DNA of 64,000 nucleotides from Pelagomonas calceolata (GCA_918797485.1 CAKKNE010000004.1:2914001-2978000), one strand, 5' to 3'. Shown: positions 54,333 to 64,000, counted from the stretch's first letter. Numbers and translations are program-made. The notes: generated by a model not told the origin, from the letters alone.

Positions 54333-55646
54333 TCAGCGGCTCGACACCGCCGGCCGGTCGAGCTCGGCGACGCAGACGTCGCGGTGGCGCCCGCCGAGCG
54401 CGAACATGAGCTCGTGCCAGAGCGTCTGCGCGCGATCGGCATGCCTCGCGGCGGCGAGCGTGACGGTGTCCGCGCAGGCGACGGAGTCGTGCACGCCGGC
54501 GGCGACGTGGCGGGACAGTTCGCCGGGCGCCCACTCGTAGCGGCCGACGAAGAAGGCGAAGTCGTCGGCCTCGGCCTCGCCGCTCGCGACCAACTTCGCC
54601 GCCGCCGCTGCACCGCCAACAAATACGCCGCAGCCCGGCGCGAGCTCGCGGGCGCCGGGGAGGCCGGCGACGCCGTGGACCACGACGGCGCCGCCGGTAC
54701 CCGCGCGAGCTGCGTCGCCGCGCCGGCCCGCGAAGACGGCCACGCGATTTCCGAACGCGCGGTCGAAAGACTCGAGCCCCACCTCGTCGCCGTTCTTCGC
54801 GAGCGCGGCGCAGAGTGACGCGCTGAGCTCGCGGCTGCCCTCGAGGCGCGCGTCGACGCCGCGACCGAGCGCCACGCCGGAGCTGCCCCGCGCGTCGTCG
54901 TGGGTCAGAAGCAAGACGACTTCGTGCCTCGCGTCCAGACAGCGGCGGTGCGCGTCGAGGAAGGCGACGTCCTCGCGCTCGAGTCTGCGCGGGTCCGCGG
55001 ACCCGACGGCGACGACGCGGCGCAACCGGTGCCGCAAATAGCGCTGCGCGTCGCGGTAGCGGCGTTTGTTCAGGCATGCGGGGGGCTCGCCGCAAATTCG
55101 GGCCACCTCCCTCGCCGGCACGCAGAACTCGCGCGCCGCAGCCATCTCGCGCCGCGTCCGCTGGCGCCGGCCGTGCGCGCCGACCAGCGCTGCCCAGGGC
55201 AGGTCGTCGCGCAGGAGCTGTGTCTCGAATGAGCTGCGGAGCAGCAGGCCGCCGGCCTCGGCGCGCGGCGTTGCGTGTGCCCAGCCCCCGACACGCGCGG
55301 CCGCCCATTTTTCTGCGCGCCCGCGAGCGGCGCCGTCGCTCTCGCCCGTCGTCGCGAGGCCTACGGCGCAGAGCCGCGCGCGGACGTCGCGCCATTCGCT
55401 ATTCGGCGCCTCATGCGATGGTGCGTGCGCGGGTGGCTCCAACTCCCAATCGTCGTCGTCGTCGTCAGCGGAGAGCGGCCGCGCCGCGCGCGCGGCGGCT
55501 CGCGCTGCCATCTCGAACGCCTCGTCCTCGTCGACTGCCGCGCGTGCCACAGTCCTCCCGAGCCGCCACGGGCCCGCGCCGCCGGGCCGCAGGGCGCTGC
55601 CTGCGTGCAGCAGGGCCACGACGAGGCCCAGCGCGCGGGGCGGCAT
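54333..55646 (-). CDS. YqgE/AlgH (DUF179)-like protein with signal peptide
   Basis: WRDVRARL, VVLLLTHDDARGSSGVAL, FAFFVGRYEWAPGEL, LWHELMFALGG. Confidence 0.8.
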   Translation of the reverse strand: MPPRALGLVVALLHAGSALRPGGAGPWRLGRTVARAAVDEDEAFEMAARAAARAARPLSADDDDDDWELEPPAHAPSHEAPNSEWRDVRARLCAVGLATTGESDGAARGRAEKWAAARVGGWAHATPRAEAGGLLLRSSFETQLLRDDLPWAALVGAHGRRQRTRREMAAAREFCVPAREVARICGEPPACLNKRRYRDAQRYLRHRLRRVVAVGSADPRRLEREDVAFLDAHRRCLDARHEVVLLLTHDDARGSSGVALGRGVDARLEGSRELSASLCAALAKNGDEVGLESFDRAFGNRVAVFAGRRGDAARAGTGGAVVVHGVAGLPGARELAPGCGVFVGGAAAAAKLVASGEAEADDFAFFVGRYEWAPGELSRHVAAGVHDSVACADTVTLAAARHADRAQTLWHELMFALGGRHRDVCVAELDRPAVSSR

Positions 55647-55851
55647 CCCTGCGGCTTCTCTCTGCTACCCACAGCACAGCCTGTCCTTCAGTAGTGTCCA
55701 ACGCCCATGCACTGCCTTCACCCTTTGTTCGCCTTGACCACTGTCTTGAGCTAAATGAGTACTCTACACTCTGCTAAGTTGGCCCCACACGGCGCTCTAA
55801 GCGCTATCAGCTACGGACACCGCACGCCGTCAAGTGCTTTTGCTGGGATGC

Positions 55852-55873
55852 CTAGTGTCTTACTGGCCGCTAG
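55852..55873. promoter_or_regulatory. Recurrent CTAG-bounded motif, copy 9
   Basis: CTAGTGTCTTACTGGCCGCTAG, 21/22 identical to copy 4; about 200 bp upstream of the AlgH-like ATG. Confidence 0.6.
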
Positions 55874-55961
55874 CGATTTCCTAAACGCGGCGTACACGCT
55901 GCACGGCTCCGCACAGCACGGGTTTTGCTCGGAGATATACAAAGACTACAATCAAAAATTC

Positions 55962-58900
55962 TTAAATCTCGATCTGCACGGCGAGCGCGTCCTTGTAGTG
56001 GCAGTTGTGCCCGTAGAAGCCCTGGAAGCACTTGCACTGCCCCGTCTCGTGGTCGCAGAAGCCTCGGTTCGAGCAGTCGACGTGACAGAGGTTGCCGGGC
56101 TCGCCGACGCCGTGACCGCCCTTGGCGAGCACGCCCGTGCAGTTCGTCTCGTCGCGCGCCGTCATCGGGTCGTCGCCCGACGGGCAGTGCTGCGCCGCGC
56201 AGGTCGGTCCAAAATATTCGGGCTCCTGCGTCTCGCCGGGCCCCAGGCCGACGGGCCAGGACGAGTCGCAGACGCAGCCGTAGAGGCGCATCGCGTCCCA
56301 CGTGCCGTCGTCGCGGCCGTGCGCGTGGTGCTCGTAGTAGGGCACGTGGTCGCCCGCGTGGTAGCCGCTGACGTTGTTCTTCGAGAGCGGGAGCGCGTTG
56401 GGCAGCATCGAGAGCTGCTTCATCGTCGCGCACGTGCCGTGGCCCGAGCAGTCGCCCGTCTCGGCGCTCCCACCGGGGCAGACCCGCCGCTCGCACGCTG
56501 GGCCGAAGAAATTCGCGAAACAACTGCATTTGCCGGCGGCCGTGCAGAGGCCCGCGCCCGAGCAGGGCAGCCGCCGGTAGTGGGCCCACGTGTTGTCGCC
56601 GGCGCCTCCGGGATGCCAGGGCAGATCGGCCCAAGCCTGTGTAGAAATCGAATGTCTGCCCCGCGCCATAAATGCGTCTGCTCGACGGCGCGCCGATTTC
56701 CACACCGGTCGGAGCCATGCCCGTCGGACAGTTGATCGCCTCGCAGCTGTACGACGTGTACGAGTTGTCCACCGCGCTGTGGGCGTGCGGGCACCGGCAC
56801 GTGGACGTGCAGTGGTCGCACTCGCCCTTGCCCGTGCAGAAGCCGAGGGACTTGCAGCCGTCGCCGATGGCGTTGGCCTCGTCGATGGGCCGGGGCGCGA
56901 CGACCTCGACGCCTGACACGTACGTCGAATCGATTTCCAGCGTGTGGTCCAACGTGTCCTTCAAGAGGAACACTTTTACCCCGTCCACGTGAGCCGCGGC
57001 AGTTGTCCCGTGTTGCGCCCGGGTTACGGTCAATGCGTTAGTAGCAACGTTAGTTATCAACATAACCTCGCTGCCGATCAGGATGTACGAATTCACGGCC
57101 GCGCCAAGACCAGCCGTGTTCAAGTCCACATTTACGGTTGTAGCACTATCAGTAAGTGCACCATCTAGAGTTGACTCAGTTAATCGATATACCATACTCC
57201 CGTCGGTGTGATCAACAGCCGTCGTACCGTCTTGGGCGCGGGTCACGGTCAGATCGTTAGTAGAGACGGCCGTAACTAACATAACCTCGCTGCCGATCCG
57301 GATGTAAGAATTAACCGCCGCAAACAGACCGGGATCATTCAGAGTCACCGAAAGGGTAGTATCAGCAGCAGCCAAGTTCGCATTACCGTCCCCGGCATCA
57401 CTAACAGTCGTCTGGGTTATGCGATATACTTTCGCGCCATCGGCGTGCGCGGCCGCGGTCGTTCCGTCTTGACCCCTTGTTACTGTAAGATCGTTCGTAG
57501 ACACGGCCGTGACCAACATAACCTCGCTGCCGATTAAGATGTAGCTGTTGGCGACCGCACCAAGAGTAGTTCCAGAAGTCACCGTAAGCGTGGTATCACT
57601 CTTGCTAAAGGCGGCGCCTTCATTAATAGTTGTCTCCGTTATCTGTTTTGCGTAGGGCTCCATCACTGTTTTCACATTGCTTTTGAGCAGGAACACCTTC
57701 GCCGCGTCGAGGTGTGTAGTAGCCGTCGTTCCATCCTGTCCGCGGATTACGGTCAGAGAGTTCGTCGAGACGGCCGTGACTTTGAGAACTTCGCTTCCGA
57801 TCAGTATATAAGTGTTCGCCTGTGTGTGGAAATCAAAGTCTTACGGCACGTTCGTCCTGAATCGCCGCGTCGACCTCCACGCCATCGACGCGACGCCTGC
57901 TCGATGGCGTGGCGATGCCGGTTCCCCACCGCTCGACGGAGCCAGCGCGGCCACGTAGTCGCCGAGAAATGACTTAGTGAAGAATTATCGCGTGCACCCG
58001 ACACACTGGTTGATTTCCACACAGGTGTTCGCAGCCGCGCCGAGACCGCCGGTGTTGAGATCCACATTAACGGTCGTGGCACTATCAGCAAGGGCTCCGT
58101 CGAGGGTCGACTCCGTCAAGAGATATACTTTCGCTCCGTCAACGTGTGCAGAAGCAGTCGTTGAGGCTTGAGCTCGGGTTACGGTCAAAGCTTCACTAGA
58201 TACAGCGCCACTCACTAACATAACCTCGCTGCCAATTAAGATGTAGGAGTTTTGAGCGACACCGAGAGCGGTATGACCACCGGTAGCCAGCGTAACAGTT
58301 GTAACAGCATTATCAATTGCACCGTCTAGAGTATTCTCAGGGTACGCCTTCTTGACGTACTCGTAGACCCGCTGGCCCGCCCGGCGCACGGACATGGTCT
58401 GGTTTACGTAGGGCCCGGGCATGCCGCATTGCGGCCGGAGCTGCTGCCGGGGCACGATGACCTCGACGGTCGTCCCGGCGCGGATGTACTGCAGCGCCGT
58501 GAGCACGAGCGTCGAGTTCAGGAAGCCCGCGCGGTGCGCCTCGTAGCAGCAGCCCTCCTCCCACGAGCCCGAGAGCCACGTCGAGTTGCCGATGACTGCC
58601 AGGTCGTCGCGGACCGCTACGTAGTAGTCATCGCTCCCGGGTATGCCATCAGCCTTCCCCGAGGTCCAGCCAGCCATCTGAACGCGGACGCGGTCGCCGA
58701 CGTAGAGGTGGATCGCGCCTGTGTTCAAGTCAACCAGTGAGTCGGGGATTCAGAGACGCGCCGCGACAATTTGATTTATGCACTGATTCGCACTGCGGAA
58801 ACGGACCTCAATCTGCGCTGACTCCTTAGGGATCGCCGGTCGGAACTTGAGACGCGTGTCCGTCATGTAGCATGTCAGGTCGACGGCGTCCGACTTGTTG

Positions 58901-59394
58901 ACCGGCCGGATGTACTGGGCCTTGGCGTCCTTGTAGACGAAGCCTTTGACGCGCATCAGTGAGCTGTTCGCCGGCGAGCCGCAGTTCGGCCGGATGTCGT
59001 TCGACGCGTCGATGACGACCGTGTGCCGGTAGCCCGCCGTGCCGATCACGTCATATTTCGCCTTGAGGATGATATACGAGTCGTTGTACATGTTGTCGAC
59101 GCTCCCCTCGTAGTACTCGGCCTGCCACTCGTCGTTGCCCGACGGCGCGCCGAGCAGCACGAGGCCGTCGCTGATCTTCCCGCCGTTGCCATTATTACAC
59201 CCGCCCCTGGTAAATTGGTTTAGGTAGAAGTAGACCGTGTCCAGGTGTTGCAGGCCGCCCGCAATCTCGAAGGTTAGTGTTATCTCGGTCGGCGCGCACT
59301 TCTCGGGCGGCGGCGGGTAGAAACTTATCTCCGCATAGTCGATGTCGCCCCGCACCAGGAGCGCGAGGAGGCAGCCCACGAGGCGGCGGGCCAT
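55962..59394 (-). CDS. Secreted EGF-like protein of the tubular mastigoneme (Ocm/Sig-type) family with inserted tandem repeats; exons 59394-58794, 58718-58033, 57819-56716, 56636-55962
   Basis: Signal peptide; C-terminal CPTGMAWAD, CSGAGLC, CSGHGTC, WDAMRLYGCVCD, CPSGDDP and HVDCSNRGFCDHETGQCKCFQGFYGHNC; four ORF pieces join in frame across three introns. Confidence 0.82.
56637..56715 (-). mobile_element. Short decayed introner forming a GC-AG intron (79 bp)
   Basis: GCTCCGAC-CGGTGTGGAAATCG...CGATTTCTACACAG-GCTTGGGC; removal restores CPTGM|AWADLP in frame. Confidence 0.8.
56962..58335 (-). repeat. Five tandem ~75-aa coding repeats with AT-richer codon use
   Basis: Consensus T(L/I)DGALxDSxTTVxV...NSYILIGSEVMLVTAVSTNxLTVTR(G/A)QDGTTAxxHxDGAKVY. 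Confidence 0.9.
57820..58032 (-). mobile_element. Full-length introner in inverted orientation forming a GC-AG intron (213 bp)
   Basis: Element 57820-58024 closely matches 29729-29931 on the + strand while the host gene is on the - strand; perfect TSD GTGTTCGC at 57812-57819 and 58025-58032. Confidence 0.93.
58719..58793 (-). mobile_element. Short decayed introner forming a GT-AG intron (75 bp)
   Basis: GTGCGAAT-CAGTGCATAAATCAAA...CACTGGTTGACTTGAACACAG-GCGCGATC; contains an in-frame stop and removal keeps frame. Confidence 0.78.
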
Positions 59395-59871
59395 CCTCCC
59401 GACGGGCGGCCCCGCTCACGCCTGCGATAACTCTGCCCGCGCCAAGCGCCGCTCTCGTCCCGACAGGCAGCTTCGGCCACAGGTCTGTTACAACTCGTCC
59501 CGACGTGCAGCCTCGGCACGCCGGGCTCTGGCAGCCTCCCAAGCGTCTCGTCGTCGACCGAGCAGGGGTCACGCTGGTCCGGGCGGTCGGTGGGCTCCAC
59601 ACACGTTAATGGGATGAGTCAGCCCCCCGATCGGCTGAGCTCCAAGCGTCCAGCGGCACTCGAGGCAATCACGCTGCGCTAGGTGTAACATACTAGAGCC
59701 GCTGCACGGTTTGCGCACTGCCGCCGCATACGGGGCTGCCAAACGCCACCCGGCGCCTCGACTCAAGGCCTGATAGTACTTCCTGTGCCGCCCCGCGCCG
59801 TCGGGCAGCCGTCGTCGTCCTTTTGTCGCTGTGGGCAGCAAACCAGCAAACTTGTGCAGCAGACCAGCAAG

Positions 59872-62800
59872 ATGGCCCCCAGCCTGGCGGGAGCGGCCCA
59901 GGACCTGCGCGACGAGCTCGGCGCCGTCGACGTGCACAGCGACATCTCCGAGCCGGACACGAGCGACGACGAGGTCGCGCGCGCGACGGCGACGGCGAAG
60001 CGCACCGCCTCAAAGGACCTCGAGAGCCGCATGGCGCGCATCCGGGAGCAGGGGAAGAACAAACCGCCCACGAAGCCGCACTGGACCCGCGCGCGGCCCG
60101 AGGACGACGGACCGAGCGAGATGTCGGCCGCCGCGGCGGAGCTGCGCGGCGCGTTCGACGCGGACTACGAGGCCGAGGAGGCCGAGGAGGCGTCGCCCGT
60201 CCGGCGCCGGGCCGACTCGCCGGCGATGCCTCGCGCGCGCAACGAGACGCAGGTCATGCTCGAGGAAGCGGCGAGGCGCCTCAGCCCCGAGCCCCCGGTC
60301 CTGAGCTGGCGCCGCGGCGACGCCGTGAGCTGCAAGTTCCGCGCCACGGGCAAGTGGGTCGACGCGACGGTGCTCGGCCCCGCCGCGGCGACGGCCAAGG
60401 GGCCCGCGGGCTACGACGTCAAGTACGAGGACGGCGGCGTCGTCGAGCGCCACGTGCCGCCGACGCTCCTCCGGCCGCGCGAGGGCGCCGAGCGCGACGC
60501 CGGGCCGTCGAAGGGCTTCGGGCGCGTCGACGCCGCCGCGGCGCCCGCGGCGCCCGCGGCGCCGAAGCCGCCCCGGCCCGCGCGGCCGGCGCCGCCGCGG
60601 CCCAAGGCCGCGCAGGAAGCCAAGGCCGCGCCGCCGGCGCACGTCGCGCAAGACTCGGCGCCCCGGCCCGAAGCCAAGGCGCCGCCGCCCGCAAATGTGG
60701 CGCAGGACGCGCCAGCTGGCCCGCCGGAACCCAAGCCGGCTACTGACGCGCCCCCTGCCCAGCCCGGGGCCAAGGCGCCGCCGCCGGCGCACGTCGCCCA
60801 GGACGCGTCGTCGCCGGCTCCGCCGGAGCCCAAGCCGGCTCCCGCGGATGCGCCGCCCGCCAAGGCCCCGCCGCCCGCAAATGTGGCACAAGACGCACCA
60901 GTGCCAGAGCCCAAGCCGGCTCCTGCGAACGCGCCACCTGCCCAACCGGAGCCCAAGCCGGCTCCTGACGCGCCGCCCGCCCGGCCGGGGGCCAAGGCCC
61001 CGCCGCCGGCAAACGTGGCACAAGATACACCACCTGTCCAGCCGGAGCCCAAGCCAAGCGCCCAGGACGCGCCGGCGGCCAAGGCCCCGCCGCCCCCGAC
61101 CGTCGTACAGGACGCGCCGGTCCCAAGGCCCGAGGCCGCGGCGCCGCCGCCCCGAGCTGTGCCCCGGCCGGCCCCGGAGCCGGAAAAGCCTTGGGTGCCG
61201 AAGCGCGCGGACCTCGCCGACGAGGAGGAGAAGGACGAGCCGCTGCCGTCGGACGACGAGCCCTCAGCCGACGAGGCGGAGGACGCGGAGCCGCCGGTCT
61301 TCGTGGCGGCCGAGGATCTCGCGCCGCGCTGGCACCGCGGCGACCGCGCGCTCGTCCGCGACGGCGGCACGTCGAATTTTCTCGAAGGCAAGGTCGCGCA
61401 CACGCTGCCGAACGGCGGCGCCGCCGTCAAGTTCGGCACGGAAACTATTGACGTCGACGCGGGACGCCTCAAGCCGCCCCAAGACGTCTTCGCGCGCGCC
61501 GCGGCGGCCGCGTCGGTGCAGCTCCGCGCCTTTTTGTTAGGACGCAGCGGCGGCGGCACGCCGCAGGAGCAGCGGCGGAACTTAGTAAAGGCCTTCAAGG
61601 CCGCGGACGCCGACCGGAGCGGCACGATGGACCGCAACGAGTTCCTCGCGCTCCTCAAGGACGCGGGCCTGCGCGTGGACGTCGACCGGGCCACGGCGCG
61701 CGCGGACGTCAGGATCGTAAAGTGCCCCGCGCCGCGGGCGCCCGTCGAGCTCGACCACGCGGCCGTCGCCGTGCTCGTGGCGCGCCGCGCGTCGGGCGAC
61801 ATCAAAGCCGGGGACGAGCTGCTTAGTATCGGCGAGAAGACCGTGAAGCGCGAGGCGGACCGTTTGAGAGGCGACGACGACTTGGACCTGGCGACGCTGC
61901 CCGCGGCGATGCTCAAGCACAAAGGAGAGTGGCGCGTGCGGCGCACGACCGCCAAGTACCTATCAAAACGCGAGGCCGACGCGCTGATGCGATGCGTCGG
62001 GCTCTCGCTCGACGACGCGACGTCGCTCGAGAATATTGTGAGCTTTGCCTTTGACGACGCACCGGAGGGCCAGGAACCGGAGTTGGCCGTGGCCATGGAC
62101 GCGGCCGCCCGGTGTTTACGGGGCAACACGGAGGACGACGTGGACGCGGCCTTCGACGCGTGTCGAAAAGCCCTCGGCACGACGGCGACGACCATCGAGA
62201 CGACGAAGCTCGTATCATATCTGTGTCAAGCGGACCTGGACTTGCCGGCGCCCGGCTACGGTTTAGGCGGCCCCCAGGACGACGAGGGGTCGTCGAGGCG
62301 GGGCCTCACGCCGCGGCAGGCCCACCTCGTGGTGCGGCGCTGCCTCGACCCGTCGGGCGACGGCGTCGTCACGAAGGACGAGTTCTCCGCCTTTGCGTTC
62401 TGGCCGACGCGCACCGTCGAGGGTTTGAGGAGAGCGGCGCTGACGGCGGCGTTTCAATTGCCGGACGACGGCGATTTGACGCCGGGTAGGAGGTTGTTTA
62501 CGGCCCTGGACGAGGACGGCAATGGGTGTTTGGGAAGGGCTGAATTAGCCCGCGGCCTGGCGCGATTGGGCGCTCCTTTACTGCCGAACGAGCGCCGACT
62601 GTTATCGCAAGCGCTGGATGTGGATGGAGACGGCGCGACGACGCGCAAGGAGTTCCTCACGTTCTTGGGTGAGAAAGTTGATGATCTCGACGACAGGATT
62701 GTGCCCACGCCGAAGAAGGTGCCGGTGGTGCCGAAGCCGTCTCCCCGAAGACCGCGCCGGCCCGAGGCGAGTTACCACCCCAAGCCCAAGGTCAGCGAGA

Positions 62801-63606
62801 AGACGAAGGAGGCTTTGGCGGTCTGGATCACGCGCTGTCTAGCATTGGAGGAGGACAACAAGGGTCTGAATCGGAAGGTCCGCGAGCTGGCGCGGGACCT
62901 GAAGAAGGCCGTGCGTCCTAAAGCGGAGGAGCCCGACCCGGAACTCGCGATGGAACTAGAGGCGCTGGCCGCGAAGAACGACGCGCTCGAGGTCCAGGTC
63001 GCCGAATTTGAGTTGTGGAAGACGGAGACGCTGAAACAGCACGACGACGAAAAGACTACGATCAGGGCGGAGCTCGAGGAGTCGTACCGCGAGCGCGTCC
63101 GCACGGCGGAAGCTGGCCAGCGGAAAGACATGTTAAACGCGAAGCGCTTGCAACGCGAGCTCGCCGCGTTGAAGGCCCAGAAGGAGACGAAAGTAGTAGT
63201 AAAAGACGCCTACTTCAGCCGCAAGGGTTCCACGTCGATCATCAAGGAGAAGGAGGCCCTCCAGGCCAAACTGAAAGATAGGGACGCAGAGATCGCCGAT
63301 TTGAAATACCGGATAGAGCGCTACAAGAAGGGCGAACGGGCCCTCCATCGGGCGTGGCAGAAGGCTTGCGTCAGAGGCGATAAATATCGCGAGGCCGCGC
63401 GGGCGACGGAGGTCGACTGCGTGAATCGACTGCGACGGACAAAGTCGCAGATGGACGAGGCGTGTTTGAAGGCCGAGGGCGCCGTCGACGAGTCCGTCCT
63501 CCCGTCCGAGGAGGACGTGCAACGCCTGACCAAGCAGGAGACGCGCGCGTTTCGGGGCCGGCGCCAGTTCCCCGCGGCGAGCGCGTCGACGGTCGAGATT
63601 TCCTAA
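59872..63606 (+). CDS. Multidomain protein with Tudor/SH3-like modules, Pro-rich repeats, several EF-hands and a C-terminal coiled coil
   Basis: WRRGDAVSCKF..KWVDATV..YDVKYEDG; EF loops DADRSGTMDRNE, DPSGDGVVTKDE, DEDGNGCLGRAE and DVDGDGATTRKE; ATG at 59872. Confidence 0.85.
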   Translation: MAPSLAGAAQDLRDELGAVDVHSDISEPDTSDDEVARATATAKRTASKDLESRMARIREQGKNKPPTKPHWTRARPEDDGPSEMSAAAAELRGAFDADYEAEEAEEASPVRRRADSPAMPRARNETQVMLEEAARRLSPEPPVLSWRRGDAVSCKFRATGKWVDATVLGPAAATAKGPAGYDVKYEDGGVVERHVPPTLLRPREGAERDAGPSKGFGRVDAAAAPAAPAAPKPPRPARPAPPRPKAAQEAKAAPPAHVAQDSAPRPEAKAPPPANVAQDAPAGPPEPKPATDAPPAQPGAKAPPPAHVAQDASSPAPPEPKPAPADAPPAKAPPPANVAQDAPVPEPKPAPANAPPAQPEPKPAPDAPPARPGAKAPPPANVAQDTPPVQPEPKPSAQDAPAAKAPPPPTVVQDAPVPRPEAAAPPPRAVPRPAPEPEKPWVPKRADLADEEEKDEPLPSDDEPSADEAEDAEPPVFVAAEDLAPRWHRGDRALVRDGGTSNFLEGKVAHTLPNGGAAVKFGTETIDVDAGRLKPPQDVFARAAAAASVQLRAFLLGRSGGGTPQEQRRNLVKAFKAADADRSGTMDRNEFLALLKDAGLRVDVDRATARADVRIVKCPAPRAPVELDHAAVAVLVARRASGDIKAGDELLSIGEKTVKREADRLRGDDDLDLATLPAAMLKHKGEWRVRRTTAKYLSKREADALMRCVGLSLDDATSLENIVSFAFDDAPEGQEPELAVAMDAAARCLRGNTEDDVDAAFDACRKALGTTATTIETTKLVSYLCQADLDLPAPGYGLGGPQDDEGSSRRGLTPRQAHLVVRRCLDPSGDGVVTKDEFSAFAFWPTRTVEGLRRAALTAAFQLPDDGDLTPGRRLFTALDEDGNGCLGRAELARGLARLGAPLLPNERRLLSQALDVDGDGATTRKEFLTFLGEKVDDLDDRIVPTPKKVPVVPKPSPRRPRRPEASYHPKPKVSEKTKEALAVWITRCLALEEDNKGLNRKVRELARDLKKAVRPKAEEPDPELAMELEALAAKNDALEVQVAEFELWKTETLKQHDDEKTTIRAELEESYRERVRTAEAGQRKDMLNAKRLQRELAALKAQKETKVVVKDAYFSRKGSTSIIKEKEALQAKLKDRDAEIADLKYRIERYKKGERALHRAWQKACVRGDKYREAARATEVDCVNRLRRTKSQMDEACLKAEGAVDESVLPSEEDVQRLTKQETRAFRGRRQFPAASASTVEIS
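60615..61140 (+). repeat. Coding minisatellite-like Pro/Ala repeats
   Basis: Six AKA(A/P)PP(A/P)xV(A/V)QD units interspersed with PEPKP units. Confidence 0.85.
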
Positions 63607-64000
63607 GGTACTTGAATTTAGTCCGACCTCCGAGTCGGAACGGTAAAGGCGCGAGGGGGAGGGGGGCGTGCGTGCGCGCATCATACGCGCCGCTCCACGC
63701 GCCGTGGAACCGCCGCGCCGCCGGCCGGAAGACGACGGCGACGGGCGCCTCGTCTCGTAATAAAGCCGACAGGCGGTGCCAGAGCCGCTTTCCCACAAAC
63801 CGGAGGAGCGCCCGCACGACCTCCCGCGGCTCCTGATCAGAAACGAGCAGCTCGCAGGCCGCCGGGAGCGCGACGACGCGCCGCCGCTCGTCGATGGACA
63901 CGCAGCCCGGCCGGTCCAGGAACCGCGCGCAGGCCGCATCCAACGTCGCCGGCAGCGTCGCCGGGTCGGCCTCCATGATCGTGGACGGGAAGTCGCGCGC
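63371..64000 (-). CDS. 3' portion of a hypothetical gene entering from the right edge (true end uncertain)
   Basis: The frame of ORF 63371-63976 stays open to the window edge and looks protein-like until about 63640; the last 236 nt would overlap the convergent gene. Confidence 0.4.
   Translation of the reverse strand, partial: ARDFPSTIMEADPATLPATLDAACARFLDRPGCVSIDERRRVVALPAACELLVSDQEPREVVRALLRFVGKRLWHRLSALLRDEAPVAVVFRPAARRFHGAWSGAYDARTHAPLPLAPLPFRLGGRTKFKYLRKSRPSTRSPRGTGAGPETRASPAWSGVARPPRTGGRTRRRRPRPSNTPRPSATLSVAVDSRSRPPSPARPRDIYRL

Noticed and set aside
56962..58335. Recurring CATAACCTCGCTGCCGAT words resembling a CRISPR array
   Set aside because: Spacing is about 220 bp, the intervening sequences are homologous and in frame; these are protein repeats and no cas genes are present
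63371..63606. Apparent 236-nt antisense CDS overlap at the right end
   Set aside because: The minus-strand gene is truncated by the window and its tail reads like shadow translation; an unseen intron or different frame is as likely

Overview
Gene-dense, very GC-rich eukaryotic DNA with short intergenics, mostly intronless genes and several short spliceosomal introns. Introns bounded by terminal inverted repeats and 8-bp target-site duplications, bipartite plastid-type leaders and a tubular-mastigoneme-type gene point to a pelagophyte alga (Pelagomonas/Aureococcus-like; inference, no database search run). About 30 protein-coding genes are supported, including aspartate kinase, dephospho-CoA kinase, a dynamin-related GTPase, two Cys-loop receptor paralogs, a 5110-aa divergent dynein heavy chain, a quinone oxidoreductase, an L-type lectin, SET, DnaJ and JmjC-like proteins, an FkbH fusion, bL34m, RibD-C, La-motif, AlgH-like and EF-hand proteins. 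Most notable: (1) a dynein heavy chain with N-terminal EF-hands, a degenerate AAA1 site and apparently no microtubule-binding domain; (2) two alpha-nicotinic-like channels with an EF-hand in the M3-M4 loop and non-shared introns; (3) five introner-type introns of graded decay, spliceable in either orientation; (4) five AT-richer, phage-structural-like repeats inside the mastigoneme gene; (5) a CTAG-bounded motif found in nine promoter-side intergenics, plus a second conserved element downstream of stop codons; (6) a 2OG-Fe(II) oxygenase-FkbH fusion. No rRNA, tRNA or CRISPR array was recognised. Exon boundaries were inferred by hand.
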